Assembly: GCA_016932015.1 (NCBI GenBank) | Contig: JAFGDQ010000047.1 | Span: forward strand, 29,527-93,526 | DNA: 64,000 bases | Direction: 5' to 3' | Source of the DNA: Spirochaetota bacterium | GTDB lineage: Bacteria; Spirochaetota; UBA4802; JAFGDQ01 | Shown here: piece after piece, positions 48,501 through 56,553 of the stretch | Layout: every line of letters begins with the position of its first letter | Numbering within the stretch: the stretch's first letter is position 1 | Translations under genes and position numbers: made by a program | The notes under the pieces: generated by a model | The model's database searches: none | The model's input: the letters and a program-made list of their open reading frames with translations, nothing else | Told to the model about the DNA's origin: nothing

Positions 48501-49710
48501 GGGAAAGATTTTTGAGAAAGCATGGAAGAAAAGTGAGCGGAAAATATGGATCCCGCCGATGTTTGAGATTGCACCCAGATTATTTGCTGCTGCTTTCCGG
48601 GGTTACGGAATTGATGCTGAAGCACTTGAGATTGAGGACAATGAAGCCTTTGAATACGGGAAACGGAATACAAGGGGAAGTGAATGCCTTCCGGCCTGCA
48701 CCACAATAGGCGGATTTCTCAGGAAGATGAAGGAGATTGACGCTGATCCGTCAAGACACGCATTGTTTATGCCGACAGCGGAGGGACCGTGCAGATTCGG
48801 ACAGTATTCCACTCTGCATAAAAGTATTCTTAACAAGAACGGAATGGGGGCTGCCGAGATTTTTTCCCCGACTTCAACGAATTCCTACATGGGTATGCCG
48901 GGAGCGCTGACCCGATATTTACTTGATGTGATAACGGCAAGCGATCTTCTTTCAAAGCGGGTGTACAGTACAAGGCCGTATGAAGTAAATAAAGGAGAGA
49001 CTGATACTGTCATAGAGGAATTGATTTCCGGTGCTGAGACTGAGATTGAAAACAGGAGCGATCTTGTTCCTGTTATTGAACGGGCGTTGAGAAGGCTGTC
49101 CGGAATACCGGTGCATAATGACAAGAAACCGCTGGTTGGAATTGTGGGGGAGATTTATGTAAGATCCAACCTGTTCTGCAATAACAATGTAGTACGCGCG
49201 ATTGAAAAGTGTGGAGGTGAAGCATGGCTTTCCCCTTTCTCTGAGTGGGTTGTTTATACAGCATGGATGGAAAGATATTTTAACAGAGTTAACAAACCGG
49301 GTCTGCTAAAAAGACTGGGTGTGAATATCAAGACAAGCTACATGATAAACAGGATGCATAATTTCGAACATTCATTAAAAGACTATCTGCCGGGCAGAAC
49401 AGAACCGCCTATTGAAAGGGTTCTTGAAGCAGGAAGCAGATATGTTCCTATTGAATTTGAAGGAGAAGTTATTCTGACTCTGGGAAGAACAATGGTTTTT
49501 CTCGAAGATGGAGCCAGCATGGTTGTGAACTGCGCGCCGTTCTGCTGTATGCCCGGGAATATTACAACCTCGATATTTCATAATCTTCAGAGAGAATACA
49601 ACAGGCCGATTATTAATTTATTCTATGACGGAGAAAGCGATGTTAATAGAATCATAGGTATCTATCTGAATAACATTGAAAAAGAAAAAATCGTTTATTC
49701 CGCTTTATAA
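45562..49710 (+). CDS. acyl-CoA dehydratase activase-related fusion protein (two BcrAD/BadFG ATPase domains + DUF2229/dehydratase-like region)
   Basis: Two actin-fold ATPase units (GIDAGAKFLKIV...CAAGTGSFL; GIDIGSTSTKLVII...CAAGTGSFI), a CDKCSNMC motif, then ~750 aa resembling 2-hydroxyacyl-CoA dehydratase-associated domains. Confidence 0.75.
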   Translation: MQVGIDAGAKFLKIVYREGSGSIIPYAYCQHFGNPEKEFLRLISEINDRNIERTVFTGLHAEHLAGVCRDAETVDEISAMIETIGYLNIGCKYIINVGAGSIKLIELDNGRFASYSENTLCAAGTGSFLDEQMNRMSFTYPELAGLPFIDNPPDIATRCAVFAKSDLIHRQQEGYSREEMWAGLCRGVVATMFQSVFKGDIPPDTIMFSGGLFLNPIIRKWVEKITGNPVFNDNGHFFSAIGTLIAEGKEKKYVLSANNDSADSRKKLQILDPPSTSQPELKLVKEYLSDGNEVRIHKDINDSLHAAMGIDIGSTSTKLVIIDTSTKDVVIDIYRRTEGNPVEAVKLLFTELREIIKGREMIISGAGTTGSGRKLVGKLINADAIVNEITAHFKGATYFDSSIETIFEIGGQDSKYIRGQNGIVADCNMNFVCAAGTGSFIEEQVNRLGFDIKEIGDIVLGLRTPHTSDRCTVFMEQDINKLLRDGFSREEVLAGVIRSIAKNYLNRVVGTRPVTGDRIFFQGATARNKGLVAAFEAITGKQIMISPYCHVMGAFGAALISTGKTENKKSKFRGLNVLEQRIELEYSKCDKCSNMCRITTARLADGVSESWGFMCGKETIEENRYNKSTDYFARMSGLLKKHMKHAGRTVLVSKKNKKQIPGKIGIPLVLSMYNHIPLWKTFLEKLGFEVILSNRSDSQLKKKAISVSKAEFCFPMKLSLAHYREITENSDIDMIFFPTTLSEAKQKNNMPRMLCPYVISYPSVAKETLGVDCRIISPSIDFRQKREVIIKELHERFFEFGFTEYQIAKAYSTGLKQQSDFLKSRYSYGQKLLKELKEKNEKAVICLGRPYNLYDKILNLGLTERLRINDITVFPYEYLIDPDENDPDIPHMYWNYGEKILSVAGKIKKYENIYHVYFTNFSCGPDSFILSRFEEIMRGRPYLIIELDEHGSETGYLTRIEAFMDVINEDKKSTRIEKSKGKIFEKAWKKSERKIWIPPMFEIAPRLFAAAFRGYGIDAEALEIEDNEAFEYGKRNTRGSECLPACTTIGGFLRKMKEIDADPSRHALFMPTAEGPCRFGQYSTLHKSILNKNGMGAAEIFSPTSTNSYMGMPGALTRYLLDVITASDLLSKRVYSTRPYEVNKGETDTVIEELISGAETEIENRSDLVPVIERALRRLSGIPVHNDKKPLVGIVGEIYVRSNLFCNNNVVRAIEKCGGEAWLSPFSEWVVYTAWMERYFNRVNKPGLLKRLGVNIKTSYMINRMHNFEHSLKDYLPGRTEPPIERVLEAGSRYVPIEFEGEVILTLGRTMVFLEDGASMVVNCAPFCCMPGNITTSIFHNLQREYNRPIINLFYDGESDVNRIIGIYLNNIEKEKIVYSAL

Positions 49711-49828
49711 TAATAGTTCTATCGCGAAAAAATTTAACCGGTTTTATAGTTGAATATTTCTTCTTGAGGAAATATAATTTTTTACCGAAAATTAGATATA
49801 CCAATATCTTTTAACCGGGAATACTGAT

Positions 49829-51019
49829 ATGACCTCATTCATTGAGTTAAAAAATTTTGAACGTAAATTCGAAGAAATTGATTCAGTTAAGAATATTATT
49901 CAAATACTTGATGATAATCTGAGCAGACTGACTCTTTATATAAAATTTGATATTGAAAGAAATATTGTTCAGATTAGCGAAATAACGGATGATAATGGCA
50001 TTGTTATTATCACTAATCCGGCCTACACGCCTGTTAATAATAAATTAACGATTTACAGCCTTCTTGACAAATATTTTGAAATTGATCTGCAGGTGGCGGA
50101 AGTAAGAGGACCGGGTTTTTTTAAATGTGATATAATAAAAGCAAAAAGAGCAATATCCGTAAGGAAAGAACTGAGACTGAAAGTAAAAGCTGAGCAGGTT
50201 ATTGCTTCAAATTTTATGGTTTCAAAGCACAGTATTGATGTTTCCAATTACAAGATTCCAACCAGCATCAAGGTTCTGCTAGATCAGTTTCATTCACAGA
50301 ATACAAATTTAAGCGACGTATTCAAGGTCGGTTTTTTTGAACAGAGCAGCGGCATGCTTGAGAGAATTAAAAAATCTGGTAAAATATTTTTCCTTCGGGA
50401 TTTGAGTAATCCGGAATCTTTTAATTACAGCGATGATGATATAATAGACGCCAATGAGATAATGGGCAAAAACATAAATGAATATATTAAAAAATATATC
50501 GAAAAAGGCTACAAATCTATTATTATTGCACCTATTAATTATGTTACTGATTCAGGAAATGTCTTTTCATTTGCATATGCGCAGATGATATCAAAGTCTG
50601 GATTGTTCACTTTTGATGATATCAGCAAATTAAAACAGACTCTCAACAGCCTTGTAACAAGAATAAAAGATTCCAATACAATTATCATCAACACGAATCA
50701 GCAGATTACCGATCTCAGCAAATCAGGCGCGAAACTTTATATTACTGATGAGAATTTGAAGAAATACCTGGTTAATACAAAGGGTTTTGTTTTTAATATT
50801 GTCTTTAAACTGCAGGCGCCTATTACCGTATATTCAGAGATAAAAAATATTTACCGTGACAGTGAAGATAATCTTTTTGTAGGTGTGATATTTGCCGGTC
50901 ATTCATCAAGGAAGGGGGAGATGAAAAGATATTATTCCTTTCTTGATCCCATGATCAAGTCTTATAAAGAAAAGCTTCTTGCTCAGCGAAAGAAAAGCGT
51001 AAAACCGGTTGAAAAGTAA
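49829..51019 (+). CDS. PilZ-like protein (atypical motifs)
   Basis: C-terminal beta-barrel-like region with DLSKSGAKL (DxSxxG). The first half has RKELR ... DVSNYK. No canonical RxxxR immediately before the DxSxxG. Confidence 0.4.
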   Translation: MTSFIELKNFERKFEEIDSVKNIIQILDDNLSRLTLYIKFDIERNIVQISEITDDNGIVIITNPAYTPVNNKLTIYSLLDKYFEIDLQVAEVRGPGFFKCDIIKAKRAISVRKELRLKVKAEQVIASNFMVSKHSIDVSNYKIPTSIKVLLDQFHSQNTNLSDVFKVGFFEQSSGMLERIKKSGKIFFLRDLSNPESFNYSDDDIIDANEIMGKNINEYIKKYIEKGYKSIIIAPINYVTDSGNVFSFAYAQMISKSGLFTFDDISKLKQTLNSLVTRIKDSNTIIINTNQQITDLSKSGAKLYITDENLKKYLVNTKGFVFNIVFKLQAPITVYSEIKNIYRDSEDNLFVGVIFAGHSSRKGEMKRYYSFLDPMIKSYKEKLLAQRKKSVKPVEK

Positions 51020-51812
51020 CAGGCTCGCATTGATCGCAGGTGACGGTTCCCTTCCCGTGCTGCTTGCGGAAAGATTAAACAGGCAAAATTTGCTTTCGGC
51101 TGTTATTGTGCTTCAAGGAAGCGCAGACAGGTTCTGCTTTGCAGGCGATACAGTATATGAAAGCCCTCCCGGAAAAGTAGGCTATATATTAAAACTTCTG
51201 AAAAATAATGAAATCAGCAAATTAGTAATGATCGGAAAGATAGATAAAAAAGCCTTTCTTGAAAGAAAGGGGTTTGATTTCAAGGCCTTACAGCTTTTAA
51301 AGAAAATAAAAGACGGCAATGATATGTCCATTTTTAAAATTATTCAGGATGAGATGAGCAAAATCGGAGTTGAAATACTTTCGCAGGATGAGTACCTTAA
51401 GGACATGATTGCTCATAAGGGGCTTTTGACCAAAAGGAAACCCACAAAATCGGAAATGGCTGATGCTGAATTCGGTATTAAATATGCGAAACAGATTGCA
51501 TCAATGGATATTGGACAGGCTGTAGTTGTAAAGGACAGAGTCGTTACTGCTGTTGAGGCTGTTGAAGGAACGAACAACACAATCAGACGCGGCGCCATGT
51601 CTGGAAAATCAGGTTTTGTCGTATGCAAGGCCGCGAGGTCAAATCAGGATCCGAGATTCGATATTCCTTCAGTAGGTCTGACTACACTTGAAGTAATGGC
51701 TGAAAACAACTGCACTTTGCTTGCTCTGGAAGCAGGAAAAATATTCATAATGAATCCTGAGGAAGTCACGGCATTCGCGGACTCTAAACGCATATCAATA
51801 ATCGGATTTTAG
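51009..51812 (+). CDS. lpxI: UDP-2,3-diacylglucosamine pyrophosphatase LpxI (DUF1009)
   Basis: LALIAGDGSLP N-terminus and DIGQAVVVKDRVVTAVEAVEGTNNTIRRG. TTG start overlaps the preceding gene. Confidence 0.7.
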   Translation: MKSNRLALIAGDGSLPVLLAERLNRQNLLSAVIVLQGSADRFCFAGDTVYESPPGKVGYILKLLKNNEISKLVMIGKIDKKAFLERKGFDFKALQLLKKIKDGNDMSIFKIIQDEMSKIGVEILSQDEYLKDMIAHKGLLTKRKPTKSEMADAEFGIKYAKQIASMDIGQAVVVKDRVVTAVEAVEGTNNTIRRGAMSGKSGFVVCKAARSNQDPRFDIPSVGLTTLEVMAENNCTLLALEAGKIFIMNPEEVTAFADSKRISIIGF

Positions 51813-51826
51813 CTCATTCTGCAGAA

Positions 51827-52504
51827 TCAGGGCAGGGACAAATGATAGTTGAAGATTATTGAGACTGTTTTTACAATGAAATAAAGAATTATTACAGTAA
51901 GCAGTATCATTAAAAAGATATTCATTTTGTGAATAAATCTGTCAGAAACAGACTTCTGCATTCTGTTAAGTATACTGGCTATAAAAATCAAATAACCTAC
52001 CAGGCCGCAGCATCCGGATAAAATAAAAATAAACTTAATTACCGGAGTTATTTCCGTAAAAATAGAGAAGTCGATAAAAATTTTAAATCCGACAATCCAC
52101 CAGATAATCATTCCCGGATTTGTAATTGCTATAGTAAATCCGGTTAAAAATGATAAACGTTTTTTATAAACCAGCGGACTGTCGTCCTGTCTTACTCCGT
52201 ATTTGTGTTCCCTGAACGATCTGTAAAACAGAAAGGACAATACAATAATACCCATTACATATGTAATGATTTTAACATCCCTGTTAAAAAGAAAGCCTCC
52301 AAGTCCGAACAGAGTAAGCACTCCGTAAATAAAATCGGAACTGGCAGAGCCTATTGCGACAGCAATTGCAGGCATCAGATGCCCGTTAATAGCCTTTTTC
52401 GCGACTTCAAGCTGAACCGCACCTACAGGCATTGAGGACAGAAATCCCATTATAAGGCCGAATAAGATAAGCAGTATGTATTTTAAAAAGATTGTGAATT
52501 CCAT
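51827..52504 (-). CDS. LysE/RhtB-type translocator family membrane protein
   Basis: Six hydrophobic helices, N-terminal GFLSSMPVGAVQL, length 225 aa. Confidence 0.5.
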   Translation of the reverse strand: MEFTIFLKYILLILFGLIMGFLSSMPVGAVQLEVAKKAINGHLMPAIAVAIGSASSDFIYGVLTLFGLGGFLFNRDVKIITYVMGIIVLSFLFYRSFREHKYGVRQDDSPLVYKKRLSFLTGFTIAITNPGMIIWWIVGFKIFIDFSIFTEITPVIKFIFILSGCCGLVGYLIFIASILNRMQKSVSDRFIHKMNIFLMILLTVIILYFIVKTVSIIFNYHLSLP

Positions 52505-52764
52505 GATTAGATTAAATTTATGATTTTTTTAATACCGGTAAATTTTTAGACTGGTTTTCTGCTCCTGGCTTTAATAATATACAGATAATGGCATGAAATA
52601 TCAATTTCAGATCAAATGTATTTCTGATGCAATGCATGATACCTCCACAGACCGTTAGGTTTATTAACGGGTCATTGGAAACAAAAAATTGATAGTTATT
52701 TTTTTAGTGTAAAAGTCCTCTAAAGAAAAACCTATATTATTTACAGAGACTTTATATAAAACAA

Positions 52765-54054
52765 TTAGTGTTTAAATGCTCTCTGTCCGGAGAATACCAT
52801 AGAAACCTTGGGACTGGCTTCATTACAGGCTTCGATTGATTCAAAATCCCTGTCTGAACCGCCCGGATGTACTATAGAGGAAACTCCCTGCCTGATACCT
52901 ACATCCACTCCGTCTCTGAAAGGAAAGAATGCGTCCGATACCATTGCCGAGTTTATAAGGCCGCCTTTTGCTTCTTTTGTTGCTTCATCAATGTCAATAA
53001 GCCCGGACTTGTCTCTTTCACCCTTTTCAACCGCAAGTTTAAGCGCATTATACGGCATTCCGAATTTATCGGAACATAAAAGATCAGCGTATTTTGTGTA
53101 TGCTTTGCTTACAGCGATATCGGCGACCCCTACCCTGTCCTGTTCTCCTGTTCCTATTCCTACAGTAACTCCGTCTTTAACATATATAACAGAATTTGAA
53201 GTTATTCCCTGTTCTACAAACCATCCGAACAGAAGGTCCTCATATTCTTTATCGGTTGGAAGCCTGTCAATCCTGTATATTTTTCCTTTATATTCAGCCT
53301 CTGCAGGTTTAAGGTCTTCTTTTGATTTTACAATATTAAGCGGAGACTGCTGTACAATAATTCCGCCGTCTATCAGGGATTTGAAATCTACAAAACGTGC
53401 GTCTCTGTATTTCCCGAGTTCATCTATTCTGTTTATCTGTACTATTCTGAGGTTTTTTCTTTTTTTAAGAATATCAAAGGCGCCGTCAATATAATCAGGT
53501 GCCGCCACGACCTCAAGATAAAGTTCCGACATCAGTTCTGCGGTTTCCCTGTCAACTGGCCGGTTAAGAGCTGCGCATCCTCCAAAAGCTGCCACCCTGT
53601 CCGCCCTGAAGGCTCTGTTATATGCATCTGCGATGCTTGTGCCGTACGCTACTCCGCAAGGATTATTGTGCTTAACAATAACTGCGGCAGGCCTGGACAT
53701 AAGGTATTTGAGTATATTCAGCGAGTTGTCAATATCCGTCAGGTTGATTTTTCCCGGATGCTTTCCTGACTGGAGCATCATTTCCTCATTTATGCTGCTA
53801 ACCAGGCCCCGGTTCGGGTCAATAAATTTACACTGGCCCAGAGTCAGGTTGCCGTCAACAAGCTCATACATTGCCGCTTCCTGTCCCGGGTTTTCGCCGT
53901 ATCTGAGGCCTTTTTCAATGTTTGTACCGTTTTCCTCAATAAGCCAGGTTCTTTTTTTGTAATTTAGTGTCTGATCTCCGAATGTTATGCTCATAGAATC
54001 CGGGAAATGATCATCCATAATTGTTTTATATGCTTTTTTATTGCTCACAGTCAT
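52765..54054 (-). CDS. purH: AICAR formyltransferase-domain protein (PurH C-terminal domain only)
   Basis: GENPGQ, VKHNNPCGVA, VSDAFFPFRDG, HPGGSDRD and C-terminal QRAFKH. At 429 aa it lacks the N-terminal MGS-like IMP cyclohydrolase domain. Confidence 0.8.
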   Translation of the reverse strand: MTVSNKKAYKTIMDDHFPDSMSITFGDQTLNYKKRTWLIEENGTNIEKGLRYGENPGQEAAMYELVDGNLTLGQCKFIDPNRGLVSSINEEMMLQSGKHPGKINLTDIDNSLNILKYLMSRPAAVIVKHNNPCGVAYGTSIADAYNRAFRADRVAAFGGCAALNRPVDRETAELMSELYLEVVAAPDYIDGAFDILKKRKNLRIVQINRIDELGKYRDARFVDFKSLIDGGIIVQQSPLNIVKSKEDLKPAEAEYKGKIYRIDRLPTDKEYEDLLFGWFVEQGITSNSVIYVKDGVTVGIGTGEQDRVGVADIAVSKAYTKYADLLCSDKFGMPYNALKLAVEKGERDKSGLIDIDEATKEAKGGLINSAMVSDAFFPFRDGVDVGIRQGVSSIVHPGGSDRDFESIEACNEASPKVSMVFSGQRAFKH

Positions 54055-54384
54055 GTTTTTATCTCCATTATTTTATATTGAGAAATCGGATCAGGTAAGA
54101 ACAAAATTGTTAAATCTTTTATGGTATTTTAGTCCTTCTATTTAATTAATATGTCAATTATTATTTAAACAGGGTAATAGAACTTTTGGACTGAGATTTT
54201 ATTTTTCCCGGGAAAAGAAAATCATAATTGATATAAAAAACAGCAGGGATAAAATATCGTAATAAATACGATATTATTAATTCTTGTAGTAAAAATATTA
54301 ATAACTAATATTAATATTTTTTTGATTATTCTCCAAAATGTTATAAGCAGATTTTTTGCGGTATTAAATTATCTGAGTGAAATT

Positions 54385-55602
54385 ATGAAAAAAATTGCGA
54401 TAATCGGCTGCGGTGCATCAGGAATGATTGCCGCTTTATCCGCTGTAAAAGACGGCAATGAAATAACAGTATTTGAAAAACAAAGCAGGCCGGGCAGGAA
54501 ACTTCTGAGTACAGGCAACGGAAGATGCAATATCTCCAACAGGAATATGGAATTTCCGCATTATCACGGGAACAATCCGAAATTTGTTTTAAACGTTTTT
54601 TCAGGATTCGGTTTAGATGAAACTTTGAGCTTTTTTGAGTCAATAGGGCTGCCTCTGATTGAAGAGGATGAAGGCAGGCTTTTCCCGGAATCGGGCCAGG
54701 CATCAAGCGTTGTTGATATACTGAATTATGAACTGAAATTCAGGGGTATAAAGCTCAGGCATAACCGTATGATAGAGAAAGTTGTCAAATCCGGCAGTAA
54801 ATTTAAATTAATAAGCAGCGGAAAAGAGGAATTTTATTCTGATTCTCTCATACTGGCTGCAGGCAGCTGTGCTTATCCGCAGCTTGGCGCAGTGAATACA
54901 GGGTATGATATTGCCGCTTCATTCGGTCATAATATTTATGAGCCGTTTCCTGCGATAGTGCCTTTGAGCATTCCCCTGAAAGCGGTTCATGCACTTCAGG
55001 GAATAAAATGGGACTGCCGCGTGACTGCAGCAGTAAACGGAAAGCAGATATCGGAATCCACAGGCGAACTGCTTTTTACAAAATACGGAATGTCCGGCCC
55101 GGCAGCATTAAATATATCCAGAGATGTAAATGAAAATATATTGAATGGAAAAGATCCTGTAATTAGTATTGATTTTTTTCCATTTATAAATGAAAAATCA
55201 TTGAGTGAAAAATTTAACAATCTTTGGATACGGAAAGATAAGTCACTGTCTTTCAGCCTGGCAGGCATTTTAAAAAAACGTATTCCTGAATTAATATTGA
55301 AGATATCAGGAATTGATCCTGAAATTTCTGTTAAAAATCTGAATGATCCTCTCAGGTCGAAAATAGTAAAAGCGTTTAAAGAGTTTAGTCTAATGCCTGG
55401 AAAACCGAGAACATTTAAAGAATCTGTTGTGGCAGCAGGAGGGGTAAATGTGGACGAAATTAACCCCGGGACTATGGAATCAAAGCTTGTAAAAAACCTG
55501 TTTATAACAGGAGAACTTCTTGACATTGACGGTGATAGTGGTGGATATAATTTACAGTTTGCCTGGAGTACGGGCGCTATAGCAGGAAAAGCGCAATTAT
55601 AA
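54385..55602 (+). CDS. HI0933/YhiN-like NAD(P)/FAD-dependent oxidoreductase
   Basis: Start reset to MKKIAIIGCGASGMIAA (ATG 54385). C-terminal ITGELLDIDGDSGGYNLQFAWSTG signature. Confidence 0.75.
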   Translation: MKKIAIIGCGASGMIAALSAVKDGNEITVFEKQSRPGRKLLSTGNGRCNISNRNMEFPHYHGNNPKFVLNVFSGFGLDETLSFFESIGLPLIEEDEGRLFPESGQASSVVDILNYELKFRGIKLRHNRMIEKVVKSGSKFKLISSGKEEFYSDSLILAAGSCAYPQLGAVNTGYDIAASFGHNIYEPFPAIVPLSIPLKAVHALQGIKWDCRVTAAVNGKQISESTGELLFTKYGMSGPAALNISRDVNENILNGKDPVISIDFFPFINEKSLSEKFNNLWIRKDKSLSFSLAGILKKRIPELILKISGIDPEISVKNLNDPLRSKIVKAFKEFSLMPGKPRTFKESVVAAGGVNVDEINPGTMESKLVKNLFITGELLDIDGDSGGYNLQFAWSTGAIAGKAQL

Positions 55603-55707
55603 TTTGCAAATCATCATCCTTTTTACAGGCAGTGTAAATCCTGAAGAAATTGCTTAAAGCTTAAAAAAATTCAGTGGAATTTGATTTTTCAGAAGGTTTG
55701 AATTAAG

Positions 55708-56553
55708 ATGAGTCAGAAAATTTTCAGAAATATATTCAGATTAAAACAGATAATACTCTGTCTTTCTCTGGCATATACCGGGCTGTTGTTTTCAGGAGGG
55801 TCAGAGCTTTTAATATGGCTGCTGGTAACTGCTGGCGTTATATTTGCAAAAGCGGCTCATTTATGTTTTTACAAAATTATGGATATCAGGGGTATATATA
55901 AAAGCCCGAGATACAGGGAAAGGCTTATTGCTAAAGGACAGATGAAAAACGTCTCTTTGTGGTTATGCGCAATATTCGCTTCCGCGGTGTTTATTACCTC
56001 CTGTTTTTTTATCAGTCAGCTCTGCTATTATATTGCTATAGGTGCTGTTGCTGTAATGCTGTTTTTTCCATTGTTAAAAAGATACAGCAGCCTTCCCTAT
56101 TATTATATGGGAGTTTTTGAATCAGCATGTCCTGTTGCCGGATTTATAGCCGGTGAGAACAGATATGAACATATTGCACTTGTACTGGCTCTGTCTGTAT
56201 TCTTCTGGGTTATAGGACAGGAGATTTGCAGGGCGGGTTTTGAAATTGCGGAAGATACAGAGCAGAAATCTTTTTCAATACCGGCTCGTTTCGGGATAGA
56301 CAAAGCCAGGGTTTTTTCCATTTTTTTTTACCTGATTTCAATTGCGGGGTTTACCGCGGCCGGAATTATGAATAAACGCGGTTTAACGTACTGGATTTCG
56401 ATAATCTGTTTTCTGATAATCTTCATAAGGCAGGAAACCTTGTTAAAAGCCAAAGACCCTGAAACGGCGAAAATAGAATTCATTCAGATCAATAATTTTA
56501 TAGCACCGGTTATTTTTATAGGTACAATAATTGATGTCTTTTACGGAGTATAG
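55708..56553 (+). CDS. UbiA-like polytopic membrane protein (divergent motifs)
   Basis: 8-9 TM helices. AEDTEQKSFSIPARFG resembles the second Asp-rich UbiA motif. The first motif is degenerate. Confidence 0.35.
   Translation: MSQKIFRNIFRLKQIILCLSLAYTGLLFSGGSELLIWLLVTAGVIFAKAAHLCFYKIMDIRGIYKSPRYRERLIAKGQMKNVSLWLCAIFASAVFITSCFFISQLCYYIAIGAVAVMLFFPLLKRYSSLPYYYMGVFESACPVAGFIAGENRYEHIALVLALSVFFWVIGQEICRAGFEIAEDTEQKSFSIPARFGIDKARVFSIFFYLISIAGFTAAGIMNKRGLTYWISIICFLIIFIRQETLLKAKDPETAKIEFIQINNFIAPVIFIGTIIDVFYGV

Noticed and set aside
52808-53494. 228-aa plus-strand ORF
   Set aside because: It is antisense to the purH-like gene. Its Ser/Pro/Leu-rich composition is typical of a shadow ORF.
54996-55526. 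176-aa minus-strand ORF
   Set aside because: It is antisense to the HI0933-like flavoprotein gene, with no motif.
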